Shown here: piece after piece, positions 39,874-50,375 of the stretch
Layout: each line of letters begins with the position of its first letter
How positions within the stretch are numbered: the first letter of the stretch is position 1
NCBI GenBank assembly: GCA_947383945.1
Contig: CANDFH010000005.1
Location: 22,791 to 86,790, forward strand
Reading direction: 5' to 3'
DNA length: 64,000 nt
Origin: an uncultured Lachnospiraceae bacterium
GTDB lineage: Bacteria > Bacillota > Clostridia > Lachnospirales > Lachnospiraceae
Notes under the pieces: generated by a model
Database searches by the model: none
The model's input: the letters and a program-made list of their open reading frames with translations, nothing else
What the model was told of the DNA's origin: nothing
Program-made: the position numbers and the translations under genes

Positions 39874-40539
39874 TTACGCCTTCAGGCGACCATCTTCCAT
39901 GCGAAGCACACGGTCAGCCATCTGTGCGATCTCAAGATTGTGGGTGATCATAATAAGTGTCTGGTGATAGGTCTCTACGGACATTTTCAAAAGTCCTAAC
40001 ACATTTTGTCCACTTTTTACATCCAGGTTTCCAGTAGGTTCATCGGCAAGAAGAATGGCTGGTTTAGCAATTAGTGTCCTGGCGATAGCTACCCGCTGCT
40101 GCCCGCCGCCGGAAAGCTCGTGGGGGTAGGCATTCAGCCGTTCCTCCAGCCGAAGCTGCTGCATGACATTTGCAAAGAAACGCTGATCTGGTGTACTGCC
40201 AGCCAGACTAAGAGGGAACAGAATGTTTTCTTTTACGGTCAATGTTGGAACCAGATTAAAATTCTGATACACAAAGCCTACTTTGCTGCGGCGAAACACA
40301 GCCAGCTCTTTTTCCTTCAAACCGGACAGATTTACACCATCCACGATTACTTCCCCCTCATCAGGGGTATCCAGCCCACCAATCATGTTTAACAAAGTGG
40401 TTTTGCCGGAGCCGGATGCACCAATAATGGCGGTAAACTTACCTTTCTCAATAGAAAGGTCGATACCATCCAAGGCTTTGACTTGTGTCTCTCCCTTTCC
40501 AAAGTATTTCTTTAATTGATGTACTGTTACGATTTCCAT
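39874..40539 (-). CDS. Second ABC transporter ATP-binding protein (BceA-type)
   Basis: [24 protein letters not shown] and [11 protein letters not shown]; start trimmed to MEIVTVHQLKKYFG. Confidence 0.9.
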   Translation of the reverse strand: MEIVTVHQLKKYFGKGETQVKALDGIDLSIEKGKFTAIIGASGSGKTTLLNMIGGLDTPDEGEVIVDGVNLSGLKEKELAVFRRSKVGFVYQNFNLVPTLTVKENILFPLSLAGSTPDQRFFANVMQQLRLEERLNAYPHELSGGGQQRVAIARTLIAKPAILLADEPTGNLDVKSGQNVLGLLKMSVETYHQTLIMITHNLEIAQMADRVLRMEDGRLKA

Positions 40540-40582
40540 CGTTTTATACTTCCTCTCTCCCTTTTTCATATACGTTATTTGC

Positions 40583-41620
40583 TCAACTCAGCAAATAGAC
40601 AGAGAAGGTGGTGCCTTTTCCGTAATTTGATTTTACGCTGATATAGCCTTTCTGCCGCGTAATGATTCCGTTGGCAAGATACAGACCCAGACCAACGCCT
40701 TCTTCGGCTGCTGTTTCCTGCGCCCGATAAAAACGCTGAAAAACATCGTGATAATGCTCCTCATGGATGCCAATACCAGTATCGGAGATATCAATTCGCG
40801 TATAGAATTGCCACGGGCGAACAGACACAGAAACGCTGCCGCCTTCCGGGGTGTATTTTACCCCGTTGTCCAGGATATTGCCCAGAGCCTCCGCTGTCCA
40901 CTTAGGGTCATGCTGCACAGTAACCGATGGCGCGCAGTCCACTGACAACTGGATATTTTTTTTGTCCGCTTTCGCCCACACGGTACTGATCGCCTGAGCA
41001 ATGGTCTTATCCAGAGGTGCTTCTTCTATGTGCAGAACAAAGGTCCCTGTTTCCAGCCGGGACATTTTGATCAAAGACTGCATTAAAAAATCCAATTTAT
41101 TGATCTGTGACGCCATGGTTTCCAGAAATTCCGCCCGCTTTTCTTCTGTCAGCCGATGCTGCTGAAGGATGCCGGTAAATATATGAATATTGGCAATCGG
41201 AGTTTTCACCTGATGAGAAATATCACTGACCAGCTCCTGAATGGTCTGCTTATCCCGTTGGCTCTGCACTTTGCCCTCGTTCATAATATCATAGTACTGC
41301 AAGAGCTTTCCCTGTACCTTGGCTGTTACGCTATCCTCATAAGGCCGCTCCACCTCCGGCTGTCTCCCGGAAATCAAGGCATCCAGCGTATCACATATTT
41401 CATCTGCAAAGTGAAAGATCTGTCTCTGCCAAAACCATATCCACAGACCGGCTAATACAAAAATACCACCTGTCACAGCTAACAGGCTGTAACGAACACT
41501 GGAACGGGGAACAAATGCCCACAATAGCCAGCACAGCAAAGAAAAAAGCACCGCAGCTGCCAAAACCATCAAAATTTTCAAAGCTTTTGCGTGCTTTTTC
41601 ATTGTTTGCCTCCTGTCCAT
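40583..41620 (-). CDS. Sensor histidine kinase (BceS-like intramembrane-sensing type)
   Basis: Two N-terminal TM with a short loop; H-box ISHQVKTPIANIHIF; HATPase_c G-boxes GVGLGLYLA...GKGTTF. Confidence 0.85.
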   Translation of the reverse strand: MDRRQTMKKHAKALKILMVLAAAVLFSLLCWLLWAFVPRSSVRYSLLAVTGGIFVLAGLWIWFWQRQIFHFADEICDTLDALISGRQPEVERPYEDSVTAKVQGKLLQYYDIMNEGKVQSQRDKQTIQELVSDISHQVKTPIANIHIFTGILQQHRLTEEKRAEFLETMASQINKLDFLMQSLIKMSRLETGTFVLHIEEAPLDKTIAQAISTVWAKADKKNIQLSVDCAPSVTVQHDPKWTAEALGNILDNGVKYTPEGGSVSVSVRPWQFYTRIDISDTGIGIHEEHYHDVFQRFYRAQETAAEEGVGLGLYLANGIITRQKGYISVKSNYGKGTTFSVYLLS

Positions 41621-42285
41621 ATATACCCCATACCCCGGATGGTTTTAATATAGGTATGATTGTCATTCTCGATCTTCGCCCGAAGCCGATTCATCGTCAC
41701 AGTAAGTGTGTGGTCATCAATGAAATTCCCATCACAATCCCACAGCCGTTCCAGCAAAAGCTGTCTGGTAATGATGTTGCCTGCATTCTCTGTCAATACT
41801 TTCAGCAACTTATATTCGTTGGGCGTGATCGACAGCTTTTCGCCGCCCCGCACGGCAGTCAGCGCGCCAAAATCAAGCAGAAGAAATCCGTCAGTCCAGC
41901 GGTCCGCATGAGTCATAGTAACTTTACTTGCTCTGCGGATGGCGACCTCTACCCGCCGCAAAAAAATCTGCATATGAAACGGCTTTGTAATATAATCCTC
42001 TGCGCCCAAATCAAATCCATTCAGCACATCCTGCTCTAAATCATTTGCTGTCAAAAAAATCACAGGAAGTTCCGGTTTGATTGCTTTTACCTCTCGACAG
42101 AGATCAAAGCCGTTGCCATCCGGCAGATTCACATCCATAATCACAAGGTCAAATGGATCCTCCTGCAAAAGCTGTCTGGCCTTCCGGCAGTTATACGCTG
42201 CCACCGTCAGATAGCCGTTACTGTCCAATTCAAAACACAGTCCGGCACTTAAGGCCAGATCATCTTCTATAACTAAAATTCTCAT
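41599..42285 (-). CDS. OmpR-family response regulator (BceR-like)
   Basis: MRILVIEDDLAL...DLVIMDVNLPDGNG receiver domain plus a winged-helix C-terminus. Confidence 0.9.
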   Translation of the reverse strand: MRILVIEDDLALSAGLCFELDSNGYLTVAAYNCRKARQLLQEDPFDLVIMDVNLPDGNGFDLCREVKAIKPELPVIFLTANDLEQDVLNGFDLGAEDYITKPFHMQIFLRRVEVAIRRASKVTMTHADRWTDGFLLLDFGALTAVRGGEKLSITPNEYKLLKVLTENAGNIITRQLLLERLWDCDGNFIDDHTLTVTMNRLRAKIENDNHTYIKTIRGMGYIWTGGKQ

Positions 42286-42420
42286 TGCTTATCACCTTCT
42301 CGCTTCTTATATCTGACGGGAAACACCATCTTTCACTTGCCTCTTTAAGCGTCATATAATCCATATTCATACCTCCGACAATCCACTCTATTATATTTCA
42401 TTTGCTAGAAGAATACAAGT

Positions 42421-42504
42421 CACTGCAATTTTAGAAAGTACAGACATAAAGAAAACCCTTGAAAATACTGGACTTTCAAGGGTTTTTCCAATCTCTTTTA
42501 TTGT
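42421..42504. repeat. 84-bp direct repeat copy B; contains the same terminator hairpin, downstream of rpsI
   Basis: About 89% identical to 33651..33734; CCCTTGAAA-N9-TTTCAAGGG followed by a T-rich tract. Confidence 0.7.
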
Positions 42505-42511
42505 AACGAAA

Positions 42512-42904
42512 TTATCTCTTGGAGAACTGTGGCGCACGGCGTGCTGCTTTCAAACCGTACTTCTTTCTCTCCTTCATTCTTGGATCTCTTGTCAGGAAGC
42601 CTGCCTTTTTTAATGCCGGACGATAATCTGCATCCGCCTGAAGCAGTGCTCTTGAAATACCGTGACGAATTGCGCCTGCCTGACCGGTAAAACCACCGCC
42701 GCGCACATTTACAAGCACATCAAATTTATCTATACTCTCTGTAAGAACAAGCGGCTGACGAACAACGAGCTTTAAAGTCTCAAGTCCAAAATAATCATCG
42801 ATTGTTCTTTTATTGATCGTAATTTTTCCGGTGCCTGCTACAAGGTAAACCCTGGCAACACTGCTCTTTCTTCTACCGGTTCCGTAATATCTTCCCTTAG
42901 CCAA
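42512..42904 (-). CDS. rpsI: 30S ribosomal protein S9
   Basis: [21 protein letters not shown]...[19 protein letters not shown]...[16 protein letters not shown]. Confidence 0.95.
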   Translation of the reverse strand: MAKGRYYGTGRRKSSVARVYLVAGTGKITINKRTIDDYFGLETLKLVVRQPLVLTESIDKFDVLVNVRGGGFTGQAGAIRHGISRALLQADADYRPALKKAGFLTRDPRMKERKKYGLKAARRAPQFSKR

Positions 42905-42928
42905 TGTTATTTCCTCCTTTCAGTCCGA

Positions 42929-43363
42929 TTAAAACTTAAACTCTAATGCTTCTGGCTTCTGAGCTGCATGGTTATGCTCTGGACCAGCATATACGTGCAG
43001 TTTGGTAATCATGCTTCTTCCAAGAGGTCCCTTTGGAAGCATACCCTTTACCGCGAGCTTAATTACTTCCTCCGGTTTCTTTGCCATCATCTGCCTTAAT
43101 GTGGTCTCTTTCATGCCGCCTACATAATCGGAATGATTGAAGTAAATCTTCTGATCCATCTTCTTTCCGGTTACTCTGATTTTTTCCGCATTTACAACAA
43201 TTACATAATCACCAGTGTCAATATGTGGTGTATAAATCGGCTTGTTTTTACCTCTTAAAACTTTGGCAATCTCAGAGCAAAGGCGTCCAAGGGTCTGTCC
43301 CTCGGCATCTACCACATACCACTTTCTCTCGATTGTCGCCGGGCTTGCCATAAAGCTTTTCAT
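42929..43363 (-). CDS. rplM: 50S ribosomal protein L13
   Basis: [20 protein letters not shown]...[19 protein letters not shown]. Confidence 0.95.
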   Translation of the reverse strand: MKSFMASPATIERKWYVVDAEGQTLGRLCSEIAKVLRGKNKPIYTPHIDTGDYVIVVNAEKIRVTGKKMDQKIYFNHSDYVGGMKETTLRQMMAKKPEEVIKLAVKGMLPKGPLGRSMITKLHVYAGPEHNHAAQKPEALEFKF

Positions 43364-43438
43364 TGGTTTACCTCCTTAAATAAATTTCCTTTATTTCGAA
43401 TTACCCTGCCAGATTGCTGGCACGGCTTCTTTGGTCGC

Positions 43439-43474
43439 TTCGTGCATTATAGCGGAAAGCGTTCCCCCTGTCAA
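43439..43474 (-). promoter_or_regulatory. Consensus sigma-A promoter for rplM-rpsI (TTGACA-17 nt-TATAAT), followed by an about 75-nt structured leader (L13-leader-like)
   Basis: Minus-strand reading TTGACAgggggaacgctttccgcTATAAT; leader contains hairpin GCCGUGCCAG...CUGGCAGGG, then RBS AAGGAGG. Confidence 0.6.
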
Positions 43475-43731
43475 GCAAATTTCCAAATTCTTTTGGACAA
43501 ATCAAAAATTTTTTTGAGAAACATAAGAAAAAATCATTTTGAAAATGACTTTTTCTTAAATATCTATAAATTGTTGAAGTTATATGTAAAATTAATCGCT
43601 CGTCTCTCTGCTGCCAAAATAAAACGATAGGACTTGTTTTTGATAACCTGCTTTACTTGCCTGTTCTTAATTAGAGGCAAATGCATCGGTCGATCTTAAT
43701 AATTTAAAATCAAAAATAATAAATGAATTCA

Positions 43732-44274
43732 TTAATAGATCAGCTCAAAATTATCGCTTGTCCAAGCAGTGAGAAGATGATAATACAATTCCTCTGGCAC
43801 AAGCAAAACTGTATATTCATACCGGGAATAAATACAATCTTTAAACATAATCAATCTCAAACGCTGAGTATTTAACTTTTGATTAAAAAATTTTATTGGT
43901 TCTGCGAAATTATCTTTATCGTATGAAATCTTGTTTTTTTCAATTACTGGTAAACTTTTTTTAAGTTCAGGGCGTTTGTCAGAAAAAAAAGAAATTATAA
44001 AAGGTCTTAAGTCCTCCTCGTACCCAGCTACTTGAAATCCGTACTGTTTCGCACACAAAAAGGCAAAACAAAAATACTCCATATCTAAATTGTCCTCGGA
44101 TAAAAAAACAAGAAACTCATCCAAATTTTTTACAAGTAAAATGTGCAGGATAATTTCCTTGTTTTTTTCAAAAAATTCCTTGTAGCGGTTGTTTTCCATA
44201 AAATCAACACTGATTTTTAATTCTTCTTTTTCCTGAGGCGACAAAATACAACAAAGCAAATCTTTTATATTCAT
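43732..44274 (-). CDS. Hypothetical cytoplasmic protein, AT-rich orphan gene inserted between truA and rplM
   Basis: 180 aa (MNIKDLLCCILSPQEKEEL...), no TM and no recognisable motifs; roughly 32-35% GC against about 48% in flanking genes. Confidence 0.45.
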   Translation of the reverse strand: MNIKDLLCCILSPQEKEELKISVDFMENNRYKEFFEKNKEIILHILLVKNLDEFLVFLSEDNLDMEYFCFAFLCAKQYGFQVAGYEEDLRPFIISFFSDKRPELKKSLPVIEKNKISYDKDNFAEPIKFFNQKLNTQRLRLIMFKDCIYSRYEYTVLLVPEELYYHLLTAWTSDNFELIY

Positions 44275-44459
44275 ATTTTATATTCCTTTTTTATAATAAC
44301 TTTAGCTGGAATCTTTCTATAATTTATTGTTTCGAATAAAATTTTACGGTTTGTTTTTTAAAGCTGTCACCTTCACAATTTAAATTGGAAGCTTTTTTAG
44401 AAAAAAGAACATTATGTTGAAAAATCATTTTTCGCACCGTGCGGCAGAAGATTTGTTTT

Positions 44460-45251
44460 TTATAAATAGCAGATTTCCACAAGCGTCAGCCCGCAGGCAG
44501 GCGCAGTCTGTCCTGCCGTCCCACGGTCGCACGCCGCTAAAATCTGTGGAATGCCTTCCGGCTCGCGCCAATGATATCCTGCTTCAATTAATGTCCCGGA
44601 AATAATCCGAACCATATTATATAGAAACCCATTGCCGTTTACACGAATTGTAATCAATCTGCCTCCATTTTTCTCTGAATCTGACATTCCACAGCATAAG
44701 TTTGGATTTCCTGCCGACTGTTCTAAAATCTCAATCGAATAAATTGTCCGCACAGTTTCCTTCACCTGGGTGTTGACGGAACAAAAACTTTTAAAATCAT
44801 GTTCTCCAACCAAAAACTCTGCGGCGCGGCGCATCGCTTCCACATCTAAATTTCGATATAAAAAATGTGTATAGCGGGAAAACAAAGGGTTTGGAAACAC
44901 TGCGTTATAAATTTTATACTCGTAAGTTTTATAACAATTTTGGCGGCGCGGGTGAAAGTTTCCTTCCACCTCGCAGGAATGTTGAATCACAATATCTTTC
45001 GGCAAACGCGAATTGAGAGCATAAGAAAATTTTTCTCCAGGAATCTGACTTTCTGTATCAAACACACAGACGTTTCCAAGTGCGTGAACCCCGGAATCGG
45101 TACGGCTTGCGCCAATCACCGAAACAGGTTCTTTTAAAAGCGCAGAAAGCTCGCGGTTGATTACCTCCTCAACCGCAAGCCCGTTCGGCTGGCTCTGCCA
45201 GCCGCAGTAATTTGTCCCATCGTAAGCTACACGCAGCATAATCCGCTTCAT
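44460..45251 (-). CDS. truA: tRNA pseudouridine(38-40) synthase
   Basis: MKRIMLRVAYDGTNYCGWQSQPNG...RTDSGVHALGNV. Confidence 0.9.
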   Translation of the reverse strand: MKRIMLRVAYDGTNYCGWQSQPNGLAVEEVINRELSALLKEPVSVIGASRTDSGVHALGNVCVFDTESQIPGEKFSYALNSRLPKDIVIQHSCEVEGNFHPRRQNCYKTYEYKIYNAVFPNPLFSRYTHFLYRNLDVEAMRRAAEFLVGEHDFKSFCSVNTQVKETVRTIYSIEILEQSAGNPNLCCGMSDSEKNGGRLITIRVNGNGFLYNMVRIISGTLIEAGYHWREPEGIPQILAACDRGTAGQTAPACGLTLVEICYL

Positions 45252-45389
45252 AAAATTCCAACAAACACAAAACCCCGGTCTTCCGGCAGGAAAAGTGCCG
45301 TTCCCCTTTCGATTTTTTTATTATTAAGCGATTGCGAAACTCTGGCAGCCAGAAGAATCTATTGCAATTTCCAAGCACATTTTAGTGTT

Positions 45390-47558
45390 TTATTTTATCG
45401 TGACCTTGCAGACTGCTGTTTTTCCATTTGCCGTTTTTACTGTAATTTTTGCTGTTCCTTTGCCGACCGCTGTCACTTTTCCTTTTTTATCCACAGTGGC
45501 AACCTTTTTATTATCGCTTGTCCAAGTGTAGGTTGTATAGGCATCGGAAGGCGTTAAAACTGCCTTAAGCGAGTAAGTTTCGCCTTTTTTCAATGTAATC
45601 TCTTTTGATAGTTTCACGCTTTTTGGCGCTTCTTTTACTGTGACTGTGCAGGTCGCTTTTTTTCCGTTCTCTGTCTTTACTGTTATTTTTGTTTTGCCCT
45701 TGCCGACTGCTGTCACTTTTCCATTTTTGTCAACTGTTGCAACTTTCTTATCGCCGCTGGTCCAGGTGTAAGTTGTAGCAGCACCTTCTGGAGCAAGCGT
45801 TGGTTTTAACGTGTACGTTTTCTTTGGATTTAAAGTAAGAGTCTTTTTATTTAAAGAAACTTTCTCCGGCTGACCGCTTACAACAAATGTAAATTCTTTT
45901 GAAACAGTATCATCATAAAGATGCTGAATTGTCAGTGTATATTCCCCGATTTTCTGGAAAGATATGATTCCTTTTCTTTCATCAATATATGTAATCTCAA
46001 TTGCCTCCGGGTCGGAACATTTTAATACAAAATCCTCGTTCATTTCTTTTGCATCAACCAGCCCATCCCACGAAGGATTAATCCAGTACTCAAGCTTTTC
46101 GCCTATCTCAAATGGATTTGAATAATCGGAATAATAATAACCATCCGTCTCCTTTTCTGTCCTCCACCACATTCCAAAATTCATAGGAGAATTCACTTTT
46201 TTCTCTTTTTTGCATTTGGTACATTGCAAAGTGGTAAGATGATTTTTTATCTCTTTCAATTCAAAAGTATGTCCATTATCCACTGTAATTTTATTTGTCT
46301 TTGAAAGATCCTTCTGATCGATCTCATAAAAATCAACGCTGTTGTTCTTCCATGTATACCATACAAATTTCTCGTTAAAAACAACTGGAACACAGTCTGA
46401 CAAGCTTCCTTCCTCACTGTAAATTTCACCGGTTTGTCTGCCGTTCTTATCAATCTCCGTATAATATACCAAGTGCTCTCTGCCCCATAACAAAACAAAA
46501 CGTTCATTATTCAGTTTAACAAACTGCGGCGTGGTCGTTTGACCTTCCTGAAAGTCCGTAATCTGATTTATTGTCACTTCGCCTGTCTGCTTTGACACCG
46601 ACGCAATAAAAATATTTTTCGTATCCTTACTATTCGTCTCAAATTGTTTTAAATCTATCATATTTCCAGCAATAAGATAAGAAGTATCTGAAATTTCAAA
46701 ACCTCCTACGGTTACGCCTGTATAATTATCCCCGATTTTTCCGGGAATCTCAATAACATTCGTCGCCTTGCACGGCATCGCACTAAATTCACTGAATTTT
46801 CCTGTCTGAACATTGGTACCGTACTGAATCAATACAACAGATCGAGGATAAGCATCTCCATGATCTACTGCTGCAATCTTTCCATTCTCAATTTTAATAA
46901 ACTGATTAAAAGAATGACTGACATAACCGTAAGAAGTATTCATTATAGAAGTAAAGGAATCTGTAATTTCCATCGTGTCCATGTTTACCTGAATTGTCAC
47001 ATTTGCCTGATGATTTTTTCCATCCTCTGAAGTATACATCTCATGGCAGGTACGAATCAAAAGAAAATTTCCGTCTTCTGTTATCCGCGCAGAGCCTGCC
47101 CGAAACGGTATTGTAGTATTGCAGTCGTAAAGCCCTGCCGATTTTATTTTATTCCAGTCCTTATCATATTTTGTAATTCGATAGCACTCAACAGACGCAG
47201 ATTCTTTTTTATTTTTCTGCCCTGTCAGGATAAAATAATAATCTTTTGAAGCATAAAACGCGCCGAAAATCGGCAGTTCTATATCAATTACTTTTGTATC
47301 AAGCAGCTGATAGGAAGCATCATAATACTCTGCGATATAGCCATTATCATCAATATACTGGAAGCGCATCAACGATCCGTCCTCACAGACTGTCAAATAG
47401 GATTTTATGGTGTCCGCCGCATAACCTTTATAATCCTGCTCATTTTTATTGCTTCCCGAATACTCCGCACACTCTGCCGCATTCACATCCATCTCTGGAA
47501 GTACAGCCAGCAGCATACACGCTGCAAGCAGTAAAGATAAAATTTTTTTCATTGTCAT
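45390..47558 (-). CDS. Secreted protein with two C-terminal Big_2 (bacterial Ig-like group 2) domains; function unknown
   Basis: Signal peptide MKKILSLLLAACMLLAVLPEMDVNAAE; repeats TYTWTSGDKKVATVDKNGKVTAVGKGKTKITVKT and TYTWTSDNKKVATVDKKGKVTAVGKGTAKITVKT. Confidence 0.6.
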   Translation of the reverse strand: MTMKKILSLLLAACMLLAVLPEMDVNAAECAEYSGSNKNEQDYKGYAADTIKSYLTVCEDGSLMRFQYIDDNGYIAEYYDASYQLLDTKVIDIELPIFGAFYASKDYYFILTGQKNKKESASVECYRITKYDKDWNKIKSAGLYDCNTTIPFRAGSARITEDGNFLLIRTCHEMYTSEDGKNHQANVTIQVNMDTMEITDSFTSIMNTSYGYVSHSFNQFIKIENGKIAAVDHGDAYPRSVVLIQYGTNVQTGKFSEFSAMPCKATNVIEIPGKIGDNYTGVTVGGFEISDTSYLIAGNMIDLKQFETNSKDTKNIFIASVSKQTGEVTINQITDFQEGQTTTPQFVKLNNERFVLLWGREHLVYYTEIDKNGRQTGEIYSEEGSLSDCVPVVFNEKFVWYTWKNNSVDFYEIDQKDLSKTNKITVDNGHTFELKEIKNHLTTLQCTKCKKEKKVNSPMNFGMWWRTEKETDGYYYSDYSNPFEIGEKLEYWINPSWDGLVDAKEMNEDFVLKCSDPEAIEITYIDERKGIISFQKIGEYTLTIQHLYDDTVSKEFTFVVSGQPEKVSLNKKTLTLNPKKTYTLKPTLAPEGAATTYTWTSGDKKVATVDKNGKVTAVGKGKTKITVKTENGKKATCTVTVKEAPKSVKLSKEITLKKGETYSLKAVLTPSDAYTTYTWTSDNKKVATVDKKGKVTAVGKGTAKITVKTANGKTAVCKVTIK

Positions 47559-47609
47559 CCTCCATTCTTAAAAACATTCTTAAAAACATTTGAAAAATCC
47601 TTTCCTTTT

Positions 47610-48407
47610 TCAAAGTTTTCTTGTCACCACAACCACTGCCAAAAACATTGCGAGAACAAGCCACGCAACACCGTCCCGCTTTTTGTAATGCAGCGGTTTC
47701 ATCTTTGTTCTGCCCTTTCCTCCATGATAGCAGCGTGCTTCCATCGCCATTGCCAAGTCTCCCGCCCGGCGGAATGCGGAGATAAAAAGCGGCACCAAAA
47801 GCGGCACCATCGCTTTTGCGCGCTGAATCAACCCTCCTGTCTCAAAATCCGCACCTCTCGCCTGTTGCGCTTTCATAATTTTATCGGTTTCCTCCAATAA
47901 AATTGGAATAAATCGAAGCGCAATCGACATCATCATCGCCACTTCATGTACTGGAACATGGAGCTTATTCAAAGGTCGAAGAAGACTTTCCAGCCCGTCC
48001 GTCAGCTGATTTGGAGTTGTTGTAAACGTCATAAGCGACGAGCCTAAAATCAGCAAAATAAGACGAACCGCCATTGCAGCAGCCAGATCAATCCCTTCTT
48101 TTGTCACCCGGATAAACTTCCATTCAAATACCGGTGTCCCAGAAGTCAAAAACAAATTGAACATTACTGTAAATAAAAGCAAAATAATAACTGCTTTTAA
48201 TCCTTTGACAATATAGCCAAACGGAACTTTGGAAAGCTTGATTACAGCAGCAAGACAAACTGCTGCCGCAAGATATCCCCACCAGTTTTTCACAAGAAAC
48301 AAGCATACAATATACAAAAATGTTCCTGACAGCTTAACGCGCGGGTCAAGCCGATGCAGCACCGAATCGGAAGGATAATACTGTCCAATCGTGATATCCC
48401 GAATCAT
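47610..48407 (-). CDS. ecfT: Energy-coupling factor transporter transmembrane subunit
   Basis: MIRDITIGQYYPSDSVLHRLDPRVKL... is typical of EcfT/CbiQ. Confidence 0.85.
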   Translation of the reverse strand: MIRDITIGQYYPSDSVLHRLDPRVKLSGTFLYIVCLFLVKNWWGYLAAAVCLAAVIKLSKVPFGYIVKGLKAVIILLLFTVMFNLFLTSGTPVFEWKFIRVTKEGIDLAAAMAVRLILLILGSSLMTFTTTPNQLTDGLESLLRPLNKLHVPVHEVAMMMSIALRFIPILLEETDKIMKAQQARGADFETGGLIQRAKAMVPLLVPLFISAFRRAGDLAMAMEARCYHGGKGRTKMKPLHYKKRDGVAWLVLAMFLAVVVVTRKL

Positions 48408-48433
48408 TCCTTATACCCCTTTCTTCGATAGCA

Positions 48434-49285
48434 CTAATCTTTCCGATACCATGCCAGTACCGCTTCTTTTGCTTCCTCGATTGTCGTCACATTTACATCG
48501 ACAGGAATCCCTTTGTCCCGAAGCGCGTGCATTGCATAAGTTACCTGCGGCGCCGCAAGCCCGATCTCTTCCAGCTCTTTGTAATGTGAAAATACATTTC
48601 TAGGCGTATCGTCATAAGCAATGCTTCCGCCGTCCATCACAATAATCCGCTCAACATAATCCGCTACATCTTCCATACTGTGCGACACAAGAACAACCGT
48701 GATTTTTCTTTCCTCATGAATCTTTGCTATCTGCCCCAAAATTTCATCGCGCCCTTTTGGGTCAAGCCCTGCGGTCGGCTCGTCGAGAACCAGCACTTCC
48801 GGCTTCATTGCCAGCACCCCGGCGATTGCGACACGGCGTTTCTGCCCGCCGGAAAGTTCAAACGGAGAAGCGTCGATCAAATCATCTCCAATCCCAACTT
48901 GTTTTAATGCCTCGTAGGAGCGCAGATCTACTTCCAGCGCTGTCAGCCCAAGATTTTTCGGTCCAAATTGCACATCTTTTAACACCGTTGTTTCAAACAG
49001 CTGATACTCTGGATATTGAAATACCAACCCGACTTTTTTTCGCAGCTCTTTTAAATTGTAATCCGTATCATAAATATCTGCTCCATTGTAATACACCCCG
49101 CCGCTCGTCGCCTTTACCAAACCATTGAAATGCTGAATCAGCGTTGATTTCCCTGAACCAGTATGCCCGATCAGCCCGATAAATTCCCCGTCCTCGATCA
49201 CAAGGCTGATATTTTTCAGAGCTTGCTTTTCGTATGCTGTGTTAGGGCTGTAGATATAATTTATTTTATCCAAAATTATAGACAT
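48434..49285 (-). CDS. ecfA2: Energy-coupling factor transporter ATPase
   Basis: GHTGSGKSTL; LSGGQKRRVAIAGVLAMKPEVLVLDEPTAGLDP. Confidence 0.85.
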   Translation of the reverse strand: MSIILDKINYIYSPNTAYEKQALKNISLVIEDGEFIGLIGHTGSGKSTLIQHFNGLVKATSGGVYYNGADIYDTDYNLKELRKKVGLVFQYPEYQLFETTVLKDVQFGPKNLGLTALEVDLRSYEALKQVGIGDDLIDASPFELSGGQKRRVAIAGVLAMKPEVLVLDEPTAGLDPKGRDEILGQIAKIHEERKITVVLVSHSMEDVADYVERIIVMDGGSIAYDDTPRNVFSHYKELEEIGLAAPQVTYAMHALRDKGIPVDVNVTTIEEAKEAVLAWYRKD

Positions 49286-49529
49286 TGTTGTTTCCCCGCA
49301 TTGAAAAACTGCAGCTGCACAGCATTTTTAACATGGTTGTTTTCAAATCCTTGTCTGCCGCAGACTACATTCTGTCACCAAAAATTATGTCCTCTATTAT
49401 TTTTGTGCAATCCTTATTCGCTTATATTTCTCTTTTGTACACGCCCGAAAAAACCTCAACATTTTCACTTACCTGAAAAATCCTAATAACCAACCGCTGT
49501 CTTGATATGTTATTTTTCGGTCGTCTTAC

Positions 49530-50375
49530 TTATTTTGCACACGCCTGAACAGCCTCAACAAATTCCTCGATCGAGAGTATCCCGTCCGGCAATGGCATTC
49601 CTGCCTGTTTTAGTTTGTATGCAAGCTCTGTTACCTGCGGCACATCCATCCGGTAGCTTTTCAGCTTTTCCACCTGAGCAAAAATCTCCCGCGGCGTTCC
49701 CTGCATCACAATCTTTCCGTCATCCATCACAATCACTTTATCCGCATAAATTACCTCTTCCATATAGTGCGTAATCAAAAGCACCGTCACACCCTCTTTT
49801 TGGTTTAGCTCCCGCACCGTCCGAACTACTTCCTTCCGCCCGTTTGGGTCAAGCATTGCCGTAGGCTCGTCCAGCACAATACACTGAGGTTTCATCGCCA
49901 TAATCCCCGCAATTGCAACCCTCTGTTTCTGACCGCCGGACAACTTATTCGGCGAATGTTTCCGATATTCGTACATACCGACTGCCCGCAGACTTTTCTC
50001 TACACGCTCCCAGATCTCTTTCGTCGGCACGCCGAGATTTTCCGGTCCAAAGCCAACATCCTCCTCAACCACCGTCGCAATAATCTGATTGTCAGGATTT
50101 TGAAATACCATACCAGCAGCCTGTCGAATCTCCCAGATCTTCTCCTCGTCTTTTGTGTCCATTCCATCCACAAAAAGCGTTCCTTCTGTTGGAACAAGCA
50201 ATGCGTTCATATGTTTTGCAAGCGTTGATTTTCCAGAACCATTATGTCCAAGAATCGCCACAAAATCGCCCTTGGAAATTGTGATCGAAACATCATCGAG
50301 AGCTTTTGTAATCGATTCTACATTCCCTTCCTCGTCGCGCCTGATATATTCAAATATAAGATTTTCCGACCGAAC
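49530..50375 (-). CDS. ecfA1: Energy-coupling factor transporter ATPase
   Basis: [13 protein letters not shown]; [33 protein letters not shown]; start trimmed to [11 protein letters not shown]. Confidence 0.85.
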   Translation of the reverse strand, partial: VRSENLIFEYIRRDEEGNVESITKALDDVSITISKGDFVAILGHNGSGKSTLAKHMNALLVPTEGTLFVDGMDTKDEEKIWEIRQAAGMVFQNPDNQIIATVVEEDVGFGPENLGVPTKEIWERVEKSLRAVGMYEYRKHSPNKLSGGQKQRVAIAGIMAMKPQCIVLDEPTAMLDPNGRKEVVRTVRELNQKEGVTVLLITHYMEEVIYADKVIVMDDGKIVMQGTPREIFAQVEKLKSYRMDVPQVTELAYKLKQAGMPLPDGILSIEEFVEAVQACAK

